Position numbers and translations under genes: made by a program. This document shows positions 16,753-25,127 of a stretch of 25,127 nt of DNA, one piece after another. The notes below the pieces were generated by a model. The model worked only from the letters and a program-made list of their open reading frames with translations. It was not told the DNA's origin and did no database searches. Source of the DNA: Candidatus Hodarchaeota archaeon (GTDB taxonomy: Archaea > Asgardarchaeota > Heimdallarchaeia > Hodarchaeales > Hodarchaeaceae); assembly GCA_016839785.1 (NCBI GenBank), contig JAEOTQ010000118.1, positions 1 through 25,127 on the forward strand. The letters run 5' to 3'. The first letter of the stretch is position 1, and each line of letters begins with the position of its first letter.

Positions 16753-18009
16753 TTGGCTTTTCTAAAGATTAAACGACCTATTGGGTTTCAATGGATTATT
16801 TTAGGAAGTTTAATCTTTTTTTCATTATTTCCAATACTAATCTTGGAATTCGTTCAGGTAATGACTGTTCCCGAACAATTAGAACAACATGAAATAGAAA
16901 TTAGTGAAAGTGAGCTAAATTTTGTTGCAGATTCTATTCAAAATTCACTCTTTGAAGATGCTACTCGTTTAGTTCTTCTTGCAGAAAACGAGCATATACT
17001 CCAATTTTTAAAAAATAATGATAGTCAGCCGTATTTCGATCGTGCTATAGAAGCGCTGACCGATTATACTAATATTTCTTCACGATTGACTTCATTACCC
17101 CTCGGAGTAGGTGAACATACGGTTCTCGAAGTTGGACTTGATTTAATAGAATCTTATATAACTTCTAAAGAGATTTCAGGTGATCAGCTAACTCGTTTAG
17201 CTACTCTCACGAACGATTTTGATTCTGATCAGTATCTCATAAGTGGGAAACAAAATATCTTGAACCTGCAGAATTATTATCCTTACCTACAGATTAAGTC
17301 TTTTTATCCTGAAAAAGAGCATTATTCTTCCTCTATTCGTCAAATGACAAATTTTATGAATCAAGAAGCAATCCGTGATGAAAATCAAAACCCTATTCCT
17401 GTAATTGTTCATTCTCGCATAATTAAAGAATCTGATGCCTATATCGGTTGTCTGTACTCGGTGATATCGGCGGAGTGGGTACTTGAATTGATTGATGAAT
17501 TAAGTGAACACGATAAACCAGCAATTTTAACGAATCGAAATGGGAGTGTATTCTACTCTAATCATAATTTAGCATTTACTGAAGTTACAGGTTATTATGA
17601 AACAATTTTAGATGCAGGATTTGACACGACATTTATCGATCGTAATGGATTTGAAGGGGAAATTACGATTTATCGGCAAATTGCAATAGATGTAGAACAA
17701 AACCAATCTCTCCTTGTGGCGAAAGTCTTACCGAGGAATACCATACTTAGCTCCTTTCAAAGAGCATTATTTCAGGCTATCTTGACGATTATTTTATCTA
17801 CGGCATTAGCTACCCTTTTAGCATATTTTACTAGTAATACCATTGCTAAACGTATTCGAAAGGTTACTCAGGCTGCAGATAAAATTTCTGAAGGTGATTT
17901 TGGAGTAGATTTAGACCTAGCTGGCACAGATGAACTAGCAAAACTATCTCAATCCTTCGATCGTATGACAAAGAGACTAAAAATCTACATAAAAGAGGAA
18001 GAAGAATAG
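16753..18009 (+). CDS. Two-TM membrane receptor: extracellular (Cache-like) domain plus C-terminal HAMP, no output domain
   Basis: TM1 at about aa 13-33, a long extracellular region, TM2 at about aa 338-360, then HAMP RIRKVTQAADKISEGDF..GTDELAKLSQSFDRM and a stop after KEEEE. The TTG start has SD AGGTG. Confidence 0.82.
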   Translation: MAFLKIKRPIGFQWIILGSLIFFSLFPILILEFVQVMTVPEQLEQHEIEISESELNFVADSIQNSLFEDATRLVLLAENEHILQFLKNNDSQPYFDRAIEALTDYTNISSRLTSLPLGVGEHTVLEVGLDLIESYITSKEISGDQLTRLATLTNDFDSDQYLISGKQNILNLQNYYPYLQIKSFYPEKEHYSSSIRQMTNFMNQEAIRDENQNPIPVIVHSRIIKESDAYIGCLYSVISAEWVLELIDELSEHDKPAILTNRNGSVFYSNHNLAFTEVTGYYETILDAGFDTTFIDRNGFEGEITIYRQIAIDVEQNQSLLVAKVLPRNTILSSFQRALFQAILTIILSTALATLLAYFTSNTIAKRIRKVTQAADKISEGDFGVDLDLAGTDELAKLSQSFDRMTKRLKIYIKEEEE

Positions 18010-18110
18010 TCACAAGTTTTGAAAACTGATTATTTGCCAATAGGTTCAATTGTCTTTGGTCACAGAACTGTTCGAATACTAGATAAAGACTAGTTTAATA
18101 TGCTCTTCTT

Positions 18111-19886
18111 ATGAGCACCGACCGTCCCTTCCTTCAATTACTTGAATATATGCGGCCACACCGCACAACGGTAATTTTGGCCACAATCTTCTCTATTTTA
18201 AATAAATTGTTTGATTTAGCTCCACCGTTCTTAATATCGGCAGCAGTGGATATTGCTGTGCGACAAGAGAACAGCATTTTTGCGTATTTTGGAATCACTA
18301 ATCCTGCTACCCAATTTGTTGTCTTAGGGTTGATAACTTTCCTTATTTGGGGGTTGGAATCTCTTTTCGAGTATATATACAAGATTTATTGGAGAAATTT
18401 GGCTCAAACAGTCGAACACGAACTTAGAATGGATGCATATAAACACCTTCAAGATCTTGAACTGGAATATTTCGAGGATCGTCAAACTGGAGGATTAATG
18501 TCCATTTTGAATGATGATATTAACCAATTAGAGCGATTTTTAGATGTAAGTGCCAATGACTTGATACAAGTAACTGTAACAGCAATCACTATCTCACTGG
18601 CCTTTTTTCTGCTCTCCCCTCGAATCGCGTGGATGGCCATGGTACCCATGCCATTTATTCTAACATTTGCTATTCTTTTCCAAGCTCGTCTTGAACCAAA
18701 ATATAGACAAGTTCGAGAAAGGGTAGGAGTATTGAATGGAATGCTTTCGAATAATTTAACGGGGATTGCTACAATCAAAAGTTACACCACCGAATCATTT
18801 GAAGCTCAGCGAATTTCTGATTCCTCAAATGCATACCGAATGAGCAATCGTGATGCCATCAGATTTTCTTCCGCATTTTCTCCTCTAATTCGAATGATTA
18901 TTGTTCTAGGTTTTACAGCTATGCTTATATTTGGTGGATTTCAAACTATCGATGGAACTCTAGAGGTAGCAGCGTATAGTGCGATGATATTTTTAACACA
19001 GCGTCTTTTATGGCCTTTAACGAGAATGGGTGAAACATTTGATCAATATCAAAGAGCTATGGCCTCTGTTACTAGAATTATGAGCCTTTTCGAGACTGAA
19101 AGCAAAATTCAATCAGGGTTGACAGACTTACCCTTGAAGAATATTCAAGGGAAATTATGTTTTGAGAACATAGATTTCGCTTACAAGAATCGTGAGGTTG
19201 TTTTCTCAAACCTGAGTGTGAAAATCAATCCTGGTCAAACGGTGGCGTTTGTGGGCAGCACAGGGTCAGGAAAGACTACAATTGTCAAATTATTACTCCG
19301 ATTATATGATCCTACAAAGGGAAAAATCTCTCTTGATGATACTGATTTGAAAGAATTGAGACTTCAAGATTTACGAAAGGCAATTGGTCTTGTTTCTCAG
19401 GATACCTTTCTAATTGATGGTACTGTTAAAGAAAACATATTATATGGAAGACAAGATGCTTCTATGGATATGATAGTCGAAGCAGCAAAAATTGCTGAAG
19501 TGCATGAATTTATTGTAAATCTTCCAGATGGATATGATACTCTTGTCGGTGAGAGAGGTCAAAAATTAAGTGGAGGGCAAAGACAGAGAATTTCTATTGC
19601 CCGTGCAATTCTTAAAGATCCTCCCATCCTTGTACTTGATGAAGCAACCTCATCTGTTGATAATGAGACTGAAGCGGCTATTCAAAGGTCTTTAGAAAAA
19701 ATAATTCTTGATAGAACAACAATCCTGATAGCTCATAGACTTAGTACGATTCGCAATGCAGATCGAATTTATGTCATCGAGAATGGCCAGATTATTGAAG
19801 AGGGGACTCATGAAGAATTAGTCAAAGCTCAGAATCTCTATACAACTTTGTGGAATGTTCAGACTGGGAAAGCCATTCCTCGTTAA
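18111..19886 (+). CDS. ABC exporter, fused permease/ATPase (MsbA/MdlB-like half transporter)
   Basis: Multi-TM domain, then GSTGSGKT, Q-loop VSQD, LSGGQRQ, LVLDEATS and IAHR. Confidence 0.93.
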   Translation: MSTDRPFLQLLEYMRPHRTTVILATIFSILNKLFDLAPPFLISAAVDIAVRQENSIFAYFGITNPATQFVVLGLITFLIWGLESLFEYIYKIYWRNLAQTVEHELRMDAYKHLQDLELEYFEDRQTGGLMSILNDDINQLERFLDVSANDLIQVTVTAITISLAFFLLSPRIAWMAMVPMPFILTFAILFQARLEPKYRQVRERVGVLNGMLSNNLTGIATIKSYTTESFEAQRISDSSNAYRMSNRDAIRFSSAFSPLIRMIIVLGFTAMLIFGGFQTIDGTLEVAAYSAMIFLTQRLLWPLTRMGETFDQYQRAMASVTRIMSLFETESKIQSGLTDLPLKNIQGKLCFENIDFAYKNREVVFSNLSVKINPGQTVAFVGSTGSGKTTIVKLLLRLYDPTKGKISLDDTDLKELRLQDLRKAIGLVSQDTFLIDGTVKENILYGRQDASMDMIVEAAKIAEVHEFIVNLPDGYDTLVGERGQKLSGGQRQRISIARAILKDPPILVLDEATSSVDNETEAAIQRSLEKIILDRTTILIAHRLSTIRNADRIYVIENGQIIEEGTHEELVKAQNLYTTLWNVQTGKAIPR

Positions 19887-19913
19887 TGTGATCGAATGAG
19901 AATGCGTTTTACA

Positions 19914-20390
19914 TTAATTCACTCTTGTCCAGAGAATGTACCCGAAAAGAAGTGAGATTGAGAATGCTGATAGTTGATCTAGGGCATATACTAGTATTAG
20001 AGGAATCTCATAAATCTGGGCAGGTGCAGTAAAGCCAAAATCAAGGATAAGATGTGAATACCATGCTAAAGCAATGGCGGCTAAAGTCAAGAAATGATCT
20101 TTTGCCACATTTCTACGTAGTAAAAATATCACTCCAACATAAAGAATAGCAGCTAATGCAAATATTGATGGTAGAATAGGGTTATGCCAAAATCCTCGGT
20201 GTGAGAATAAATAATCAAGTGTGGGATTTCCTGTCTCTATAATTATTATTTCCCAAATTCCATCGATATCAGGGATTACTCCAGCAAAACCTCCAAGAAC
20301 AAGTGTTTTCATTCGATCCTTTTCATCCCAATAGAAAAATACTAATGCTAGCAAAAAACCAAAAAAAAAGTGGGTGGCATAACCTGGCAC
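19914..20390 (-). CDS. Membrane-bound metal-dependent hydrolase (YdjM-like)
   Basis: TH, PDID, HRGFWH and SHLILD motifs with TM segments. The likely start is GTG 20390 (MPGYATH) with GGTG upstream, rather than 20435. Confidence 0.8.
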   Translation of the reverse strand: MPGYATHFFFGFLLALVFFYWDEKDRMKTLVLGGFAGVIPDIDGIWEIIIIETGNPTLDYLFSHRGFWHNPILPSIFALAAILYVGVIFLLRRNVAKDHFLTLAAIALAWYSHLILDFGFTAPAQIYEIPLILVYALDQLSAFSISLLFGYILWTRVN

Positions 20391-20485
20391 AATCACACAC
20401 CAAAATAAAGTAATTCGAATAAAAATTACATTCATTCTGTACTATTAATAATCTTGGATTTTTACAAGAAGACACAATAATGTGA

Positions 20486-22321
20486 TTAATTCCCAGAAAA
20501 GTCTTCCGAGTCCTCATTTATTTTTGGAAGTACAAAATTTAATATTGCTCCTTGAGGTTCATTATCTTCCACCCAAATATTCCCAGCTAAACTCTCAATG
20601 ACAGTTTTTGCGATTGTTAATCCTAAGCCTGTTCCTTTCTCCGTTCCAAATGATACAAAAGGTTTGAAGATTTCCTCTTGTAGATCCTTCGTTATTCCAG
20701 GTCCACTATCTGCGATACTCACTTGCCATTGCGCTTCTTTCACTAGATCAGTGATTTTTACTTCTATTGCAGATTTTGGAGGTGAAAATTTAATTGCATT
20801 TTGAAGCAAATTTAAGATTACACTTTTTAAAACAATCACATTCCCCCATACGTATGCAGGATTCGAACTATGTTCAAAATCGATTGTTACTTTCTTGAAA
20901 GCACATTCAGGCCCCATAATTTCAATTGCAATCACAACTACTTGGTTTAAATTTAACTGTTGGCGTTGACCTGCAAGTAATTTATCAATTTTCAAATAAT
21001 TAGTGACTTCATTTATGGTATCCAATATTGCAGAGCTTTTCACCTCAATCGCTTCAAGACTTTCCTTAGTATCCTCAAGAGTCTCTGAGGTAACAGCTAG
21101 CTCCGAATATCCTTTTAATACGTTTAAATGGTTACGTAGATCGTGGGATAATAATTGTAAAATTACTTCTTGCATTTGAGTCTTCTGTCGTAGCACTACA
21201 TCGGCTTCTCGTTGAGCAGAAATGTCTCGTATGAAAATGATAACACCTACAATCCTATTTGCTTGATAAAGAGGAGTTGCGCTAATATTATAATAGTTTC
21301 TTTCAACATGTTTCCCTGAAAATAAAAATTCGGAATCTTGAACATGTAAACCAGTTTTTCCTCTAATTAATGCCGATAAACCCTGATATAAATGATTTGC
21401 TTTTGAGATGTGAATATTTCGGTTCGTTTGTTCGTAAATAATTGATTTGAAATTCTTATGTCGAATATCACTCTCAGCTCTATTAGCAAAGATAATTCGC
21501 TGAGCTGAACGATTATAATCAATGACTTGTAGATGAGAATCTAATACAATCAACATATCATGGATATCTCTAAACACGTGTTTTCGAGCAATTGGAACAA
21601 GATCAAGAAACCCTACTTCAAATATGGCATAAGTAAAAAGAACAAATGCAATCATGAATGCCACGGGTGTTAAATCTATAAAATCAAGGGGAGGAATAAT
21701 TTTCGAGACACGGAGGATATTTCCTAGAATTGGAAAAGTAGCTCCAAACATAAATATGATGATTTGACTTCTAATAATCGTTTCATTTGGTGGAATTGTT
21801 TGATACTTGCGAAAAAGTAGGTAAAATGCTCCAAAAACTAAAGCGTAGGAATAAATCATATTGCTATAAAAGGCCGCTCCATATACTAGGTCCATTCGGA
21901 TGAATGGATCGCTAGTATTAAGTGTGATAGATTCATAAAACAAATGTGTAAAATCATCAGTAAGTACTAGGAAGTAGTGAATAATTGAAGGAAAAAATAG
22001 TAGCAAAAGTAGTGGTTTTTCAAGAAAACCATAATCTCTAGTAAAATAGAGAATGAGAAAAAAGAAGAGGACTGGTAAGGTTACAATGCCAATATACTGG
22101 ACCAGATTGAAGAACTTCATTAATCCTAAATCAACACTAGAAATTTCCAAAAAGTACCCAAAAGACCAGAAAAATGCGGAAAGAACCAGGAGTAAAAAAT
22201 ACGTTCGTAATCTAGTCTTTGGACGAGACAGGAAAGGGTAAGCTAGGAGAAATATAGCTAGAACGCTTGTTGCAGCCATCATTAATCCATAGACTGAGAA
22301 CTCGAACCACATCTCAGTCAA
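20486..22321 (-). CDS. Sensor histidine kinase: N-terminal 7TM domain, PAS-like domain, HisKA, HATPase
   Basis: About seven hydrophobic segments, PAS-like DMLIVLD..IIFIRDIS, H-box SHDLRN, N-box NLLQNAIKF, DSGPGI, IFKPF and GTGLGL. The start may be ATG 22312. Confidence 0.9.
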   Translation of the reverse strand: MTEMWFEFSVYGLMMAATSVLAIFLLAYPFLSRPKTRLRTYFLLLVLSAFFWSFGYFLEISSVDLGLMKFFNLVQYIGIVTLPVLFFFLILYFTRDYGFLEKPLLLLLFFPSIIHYFLVLTDDFTHLFYESITLNTSDPFIRMDLVYGAAFYSNMIYSYALVFGAFYLLFRKYQTIPPNETIIRSQIIIFMFGATFPILGNILRVSKIIPPLDFIDLTPVAFMIAFVLFTYAIFEVGFLDLVPIARKHVFRDIHDMLIVLDSHLQVIDYNRSAQRIIFANRAESDIRHKNFKSIIYEQTNRNIHISKANHLYQGLSALIRGKTGLHVQDSEFLFSGKHVERNYYNISATPLYQANRIVGVIIFIRDISAQREADVVLRQKTQMQEVILQLLSHDLRNHLNVLKGYSELAVTSETLEDTKESLEAIEVKSSAILDTINEVTNYLKIDKLLAGQRQQLNLNQVVVIAIEIMGPECAFKKVTIDFEHSSNPAYVWGNVIVLKSVILNLLQNAIKFSPPKSAIEVKITDLVKEAQWQVSIADSGPGITKDLQEEIFKPFVSFGTEKGTGLGLTIAKTVIESLAGNIWVEDNEPQGAILNFVLPKINEDSEDFSGN

Positions 22322-22404
22322 AGTATACGACTCTTACATAAAAGAATTGTCTTTTACTGCAAAATATTGTTTGGTTAAATTAGATGGTTGCGTCCTGTAG
22401 GTCT

Positions 22405-24738
22405 CTACTTATGATCTTGGATAGCTTTCAACACCCGATCGGGTGTGTAGGGAGGTTCAGTAATACGAACACCTGTCGCATCAAAGATAGCGTTACTTAG
22501 AACTGGCATTGGACCAGAGATGTTTACTTCAGCAACGGATTTTGCTCCCCAAGGGCCGCTGGGTTCAAATGTAGGTACTATGATCGTTTCTATCTCTGGA
22601 AGGTCTATAGTTGTCATGATTTTATAATTGCCAAATGAAGGATTCATCATTTTCCCTTTATCATTGAAAATGTACTGTTCTGACAAAGCATAGCATAAAC
22701 CATTTACTAAAGCTCCTTCAACCTGTCCTACAACTAATTTAGGATTGATAGGAGTTCCACAATCGACAGCAGCGACATAATTTAGTACTGTCACTCGTCC
22801 TGTTTCAATATCTATATCTACTTCTGCATAATGAGCGGTGAATGGTGGGGGAGATTTTTTAGATAATTCCGATGCAACTGCCCCTATCTGAGTTTGATTT
22901 TCAGAGTAATAGGACTTTGTCCCAATATCTGCAAAGGTCATCTGTTTTCCTGACTTCTTATGGACAACAGCTTTTCCTTCAAGTGTAAGTTCGTCTTTGG
23001 GAACATTCAACACTTTTGCTGTGTAGTCATACAGTTGTTCTTTCACTTTCAGAGCTAAATTGACACAAGCTTGGCCTGTGAGGTACGTTGTAGAACTAGC
23101 ATATGCACCTTTGTCGAAAGGCGTAGTATCCGTGTCTGAACTGAGAACAATGACATCAGAGGCATCAATACCCAATCCTTCAGCAAAAATCTGAGCTAGA
23201 ATAGTATCTGATCCAGTACCTATATCAGTAGCTCCCACAAGTAAGTTGAATGTACCATCTTCGTTCATCTTACAATAACCTGCAGCCATGTCGATATCAG
23301 GGATTGAAGATCCCTGCATAATACATACAAGACCAAAGCCGCGTTTAACTTTATCTGTACTATTTTTCTTTTTTATTTCTTCACGATTCCACCAATTTAT
23401 TGCATCAGCACCTTGATTAATACATTCAGTTAATCCTACTGAGTCAACAGTCTGTTCTACACCCTCTGTTCCTTCACCTAGGGCTTTAAATATGGGAGAT
23501 GATTCACCAGCCTTAATGTGATTCATTAATCGAAATTTAGCAGGGTCCATACCGATTTCACGAGCTAAGTCATCCATGACAATTTCCATAGCTAGTGAAG
23601 CTTGTGTACCGCCGTAGCCTCTATACGCCCCTCCTACGGGAAGATTAGTATAAACTGTATCTCCTACAAAACGTATATTTTCGCAATGATAAAGGGGTAG
23701 TGTTTTGCTACCTGTATTACTAAGCACTGTTAAAGCATGAGATCCATAAGCTCCAGTGTTACTAGTTACTTTCATATCCATAGCAGTTATGGTACCGTCT
23801 TTTTTTACACCAGCTTTAAACAATGTAGTCATGGGGTGGCGAGTCCGAGCAGAAATAAATTCTTCCTTTCGTGTGAATTCATATTTTACTGGACGTTTTA
23901 ATTTCCAGGCAAATGAAGCAGCAATCGGTTCTGTGATAATTTCTTGCTTTGTCCCAAATCCTCCTCCGATTCTAGGTTTAATTACCCGTATTTGAGCTAA
24001 TGGAATCTCTAGTATTTGAGCTAAGATTCTACGACAATGGAATGGAACCTGTGTGGCTGTTCGAACTACCAATCGATCATAGTTATCAATATAAGCAATA
24101 CTTATATGAGGTTCTAGGGGTGTATGTTGCCCATAATGGTTTCTAACTGTTTTTTCTACAATATAGTCAGCCTCTGCAAATCCTTTCTCAAGGTCCCCGA
24201 TCTCTGCGTCGACATGTGAAGCGTGATTCTTCTTTGGATCAAAAAAAACTGGAATAATATATTTCGAATCTTCCTCATCATGAATGATGATCTCGTTCCC
24301 AAGGGCAGAGTCATGATCGAAAATAGCACCCAGAACCGTGTATTTCACTTTGATTAGCTTTAAAGCTGATTCTGCTATCTTTACTGATTCTGCAGCAACA
24401 GCAGCAACTCGATCTCCAACATACCTAACTTTCTTGTTAAAGAGTCGTGTATCATACGGAGATGGTTCAGGAAAGCCTTGTCCAGCACTTGTATGAAGTA
24501 CTTGAGAAGAATTCTTATAGGATAATACTCCTACTACACCTAGTAACTTTTCTGCCTCGCTTGTATCTATTTCTTCAATTATAGCATGAGCATGTGGACT
24601 ATACAACATTTTTACATGAACGAGGTCTTTAAAATCCTTATCGTCAGTATACATCGGTTTACCCATAGCTAGACTAAGGGCATCTTTCTTTGGAACACTT
24701 TTAGTAACCACTCGGCCTTCGTATATTTTTTGTGTCAT
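22405..24738 (-). CDS. Xanthine dehydrogenase/aldehyde oxidoreductase family molybdopterin-binding subunit (XdhD/YgfN-like)
   Basis: SPHAHA, KVRYVGD, TATQVP, IGGGFG, GAYRGYG, GAYASS, GQVEG and GAKSVAE (catalytic Glu). The GQGFPEPSPYD segment resembles, from recall, the XdhD/YgfN group. Confidence 0.9.
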   Translation of the reverse strand: MTQKIYEGRVVTKSVPKKDALSLAMGKPMYTDDKDFKDLVHVKMLYSPHAHAIIEEIDTSEAEKLLGVVGVLSYKNSSQVLHTSAGQGFPEPSPYDTRLFNKKVRYVGDRVAAVAAESVKIAESALKLIKVKYTVLGAIFDHDSALGNEIIIHDEEDSKYIIPVFFDPKKNHASHVDAEIGDLEKGFAEADYIVEKTVRNHYGQHTPLEPHISIAYIDNYDRLVVRTATQVPFHCRRILAQILEIPLAQIRVIKPRIGGGFGTKQEIITEPIAASFAWKLKRPVKYEFTRKEEFISARTRHPMTTLFKAGVKKDGTITAMDMKVTSNTGAYGSHALTVLSNTGSKTLPLYHCENIRFVGDTVYTNLPVGGAYRGYGGTQASLAMEIVMDDLAREIGMDPAKFRLMNHIKAGESSPIFKALGEGTEGVEQTVDSVGLTECINQGADAINWWNREEIKKKNSTDKVKRGFGLVCIMQGSSIPDIDMAAGYCKMNEDGTFNLLVGATDIGTGSDTILAQIFAEGLGIDASDVIVLSSDTDTTPFDKGAYASSTTYLTGQACVNLALKVKEQLYDYTAKVLNVPKDELTLEGKAVVHKKSGKQMTFADIGTKSYYSENQTQIGAVASELSKKSPPPFTAHYAEVDIDIETGRVTVLNYVAAVDCGTPINPKLVVGQVEGALVNGLCYALSEQYIFNDKGKMMNPSFGNYKIMTTIDLPEIETIIVPTFEPSGPWGAKSVAEVNISGPMPVLSNAIFDATGVRITEPPYTPDRVLKAIQDHK

Positions 24739-25127
24739 TATCTTTCACCTCGCATGACGGCAGCTGCAGCTAATACTGCCTTAATCTGACCAGAATAACC
24801 GGTGCAACGGCATAAATTCCCATCTAAGGCGAATTTTATTTCATTTTTTGTGGGATTTGGGTTGTTATCAAGTAAGTTCTTTGCTGCAAGGATCATTCCC
24901 GGAATACAAAAACCACATTGAACTACTCCTTCATCAACAAACGCTTGCTGGATTGGATGGGGATTATCTCGTGTACCTATCCCTTCGATTGTAATAATTG
25001 TTCCATCCTCAGCTTGGGCTGCGAGCATAATACAGGATTTTACTGCTTTACCATTGAAAATAATTGTACAGGTACCACATGTTCCTTCTTTACATCCTTT
25101 TTTTACCCCTTTATACCCTTCACGCCT
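24738..25127 (-). CDS. 2Fe-2S-binding small subunit (CoxS/CutS/XdhC-like), 5' end outside the window
   Basis: The frame stays open to the window edge upstream of the ORF-track ATG: RREGYKGVKKGCKEGTCGTCTIIFNGKAVKSC, then QCGFC and GNLCRC. TAATG overlap with the Mo subunit. Confidence 0.93.
   Translation of the reverse strand, partial: RREGYKGVKKGCKEGTCGTCTIIFNGKAVKSCIMLAAQAEDGTIITIEGIGTRDNPHPIQQAFVDEGVVQCGFCIPGMILAAKNLLDNNPNPTKNEIKFALDGNLCRCTGYSGQIKAVLAAAAVMRGER

Noticed and set aside
18015-18027. Inverted repeat AGTTTT-G-AAAACT after the receptor stop
   Set aside because: It is short and AT-rich with a 1-nt loop, which is insufficient to call a terminator or operator.
18007-18093. TAG read-through or frameshift extending the HAMP receptor to an output domain
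   Set aside because: Read-through adds only about 28 residues before another TAG, and the next gene starts about 100 nt later, leaving no room for a lost domain.
9753-23995. Other short overlapping ORFs (9753, 10114, 11431, 13123, 14362, 14621, 17864, 18134, 18482, 20323, 20598, 22053, 23756)
   Set aside because: All lie within or antisense to confident CDSs and have no recognisable features.
1-25127. CRISPR arrays, tRNA/rRNA genes, IS elements, selenocysteine recoding
   Set aside because: No periodic repeats, cloverleafs, transposases or in-frame TGA interruptions were seen by eye, and all intergenic gaps are short.

Overview
AT-rich, gene-dense window that is very probably archaeal. Supporting signs are GGTGA/GGAG Shine-Dalgarno sites, TATA-like boxes about 25 nt upstream of starts, an oligo-T terminator, and solute-binding proteins anchored by a C-terminal PGF-type sorting signal rather than a lipobox. 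An Asgard (Heimdallarchaeia-like) origin is a plausible inference but is not proven. Positions 1-14167 form one minus-strand cluster, in transcription order: LIV-type solute-binding protein (SBP1), metallo-beta-lactamase-fold hydrolase, LivG/F/H/M ABC importer with enlarged permeases, alpha/beta hydrolase, FabH-like enzyme B, acyl-CoA ligase, alpha/beta hydrolase, acyl-CoA ligase, FabH-like enzyme A, MaoC/PhaJ hydratase, and an SDR cut by the window edge. Neither FabH-like protein has the canonical Cys-His-Asn triad (A: Cys/His/His plus Asp; B: Cys/Thr/Tyr), and there is no ACP in the window. Next come a divergent HTH protein, a paralogous SBP2 paired head-to-head with a membrane receptor that ends at its HAMP domain, an ABC exporter, a YdjM-like membrane hydrolase, an orphan 7TM-PAS histidine kinase, and the Mo and 2Fe-2S subunits of a xanthine-dehydrogenase-family enzyme. 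The best candidate for a novel system is a CoA-based, ACP-independent acyl-compound pathway coupled to uptake and to a duplicated-SBP/HAMP sensing module. No rRNA, tRNA, CRISPR array or mobile element was seen.
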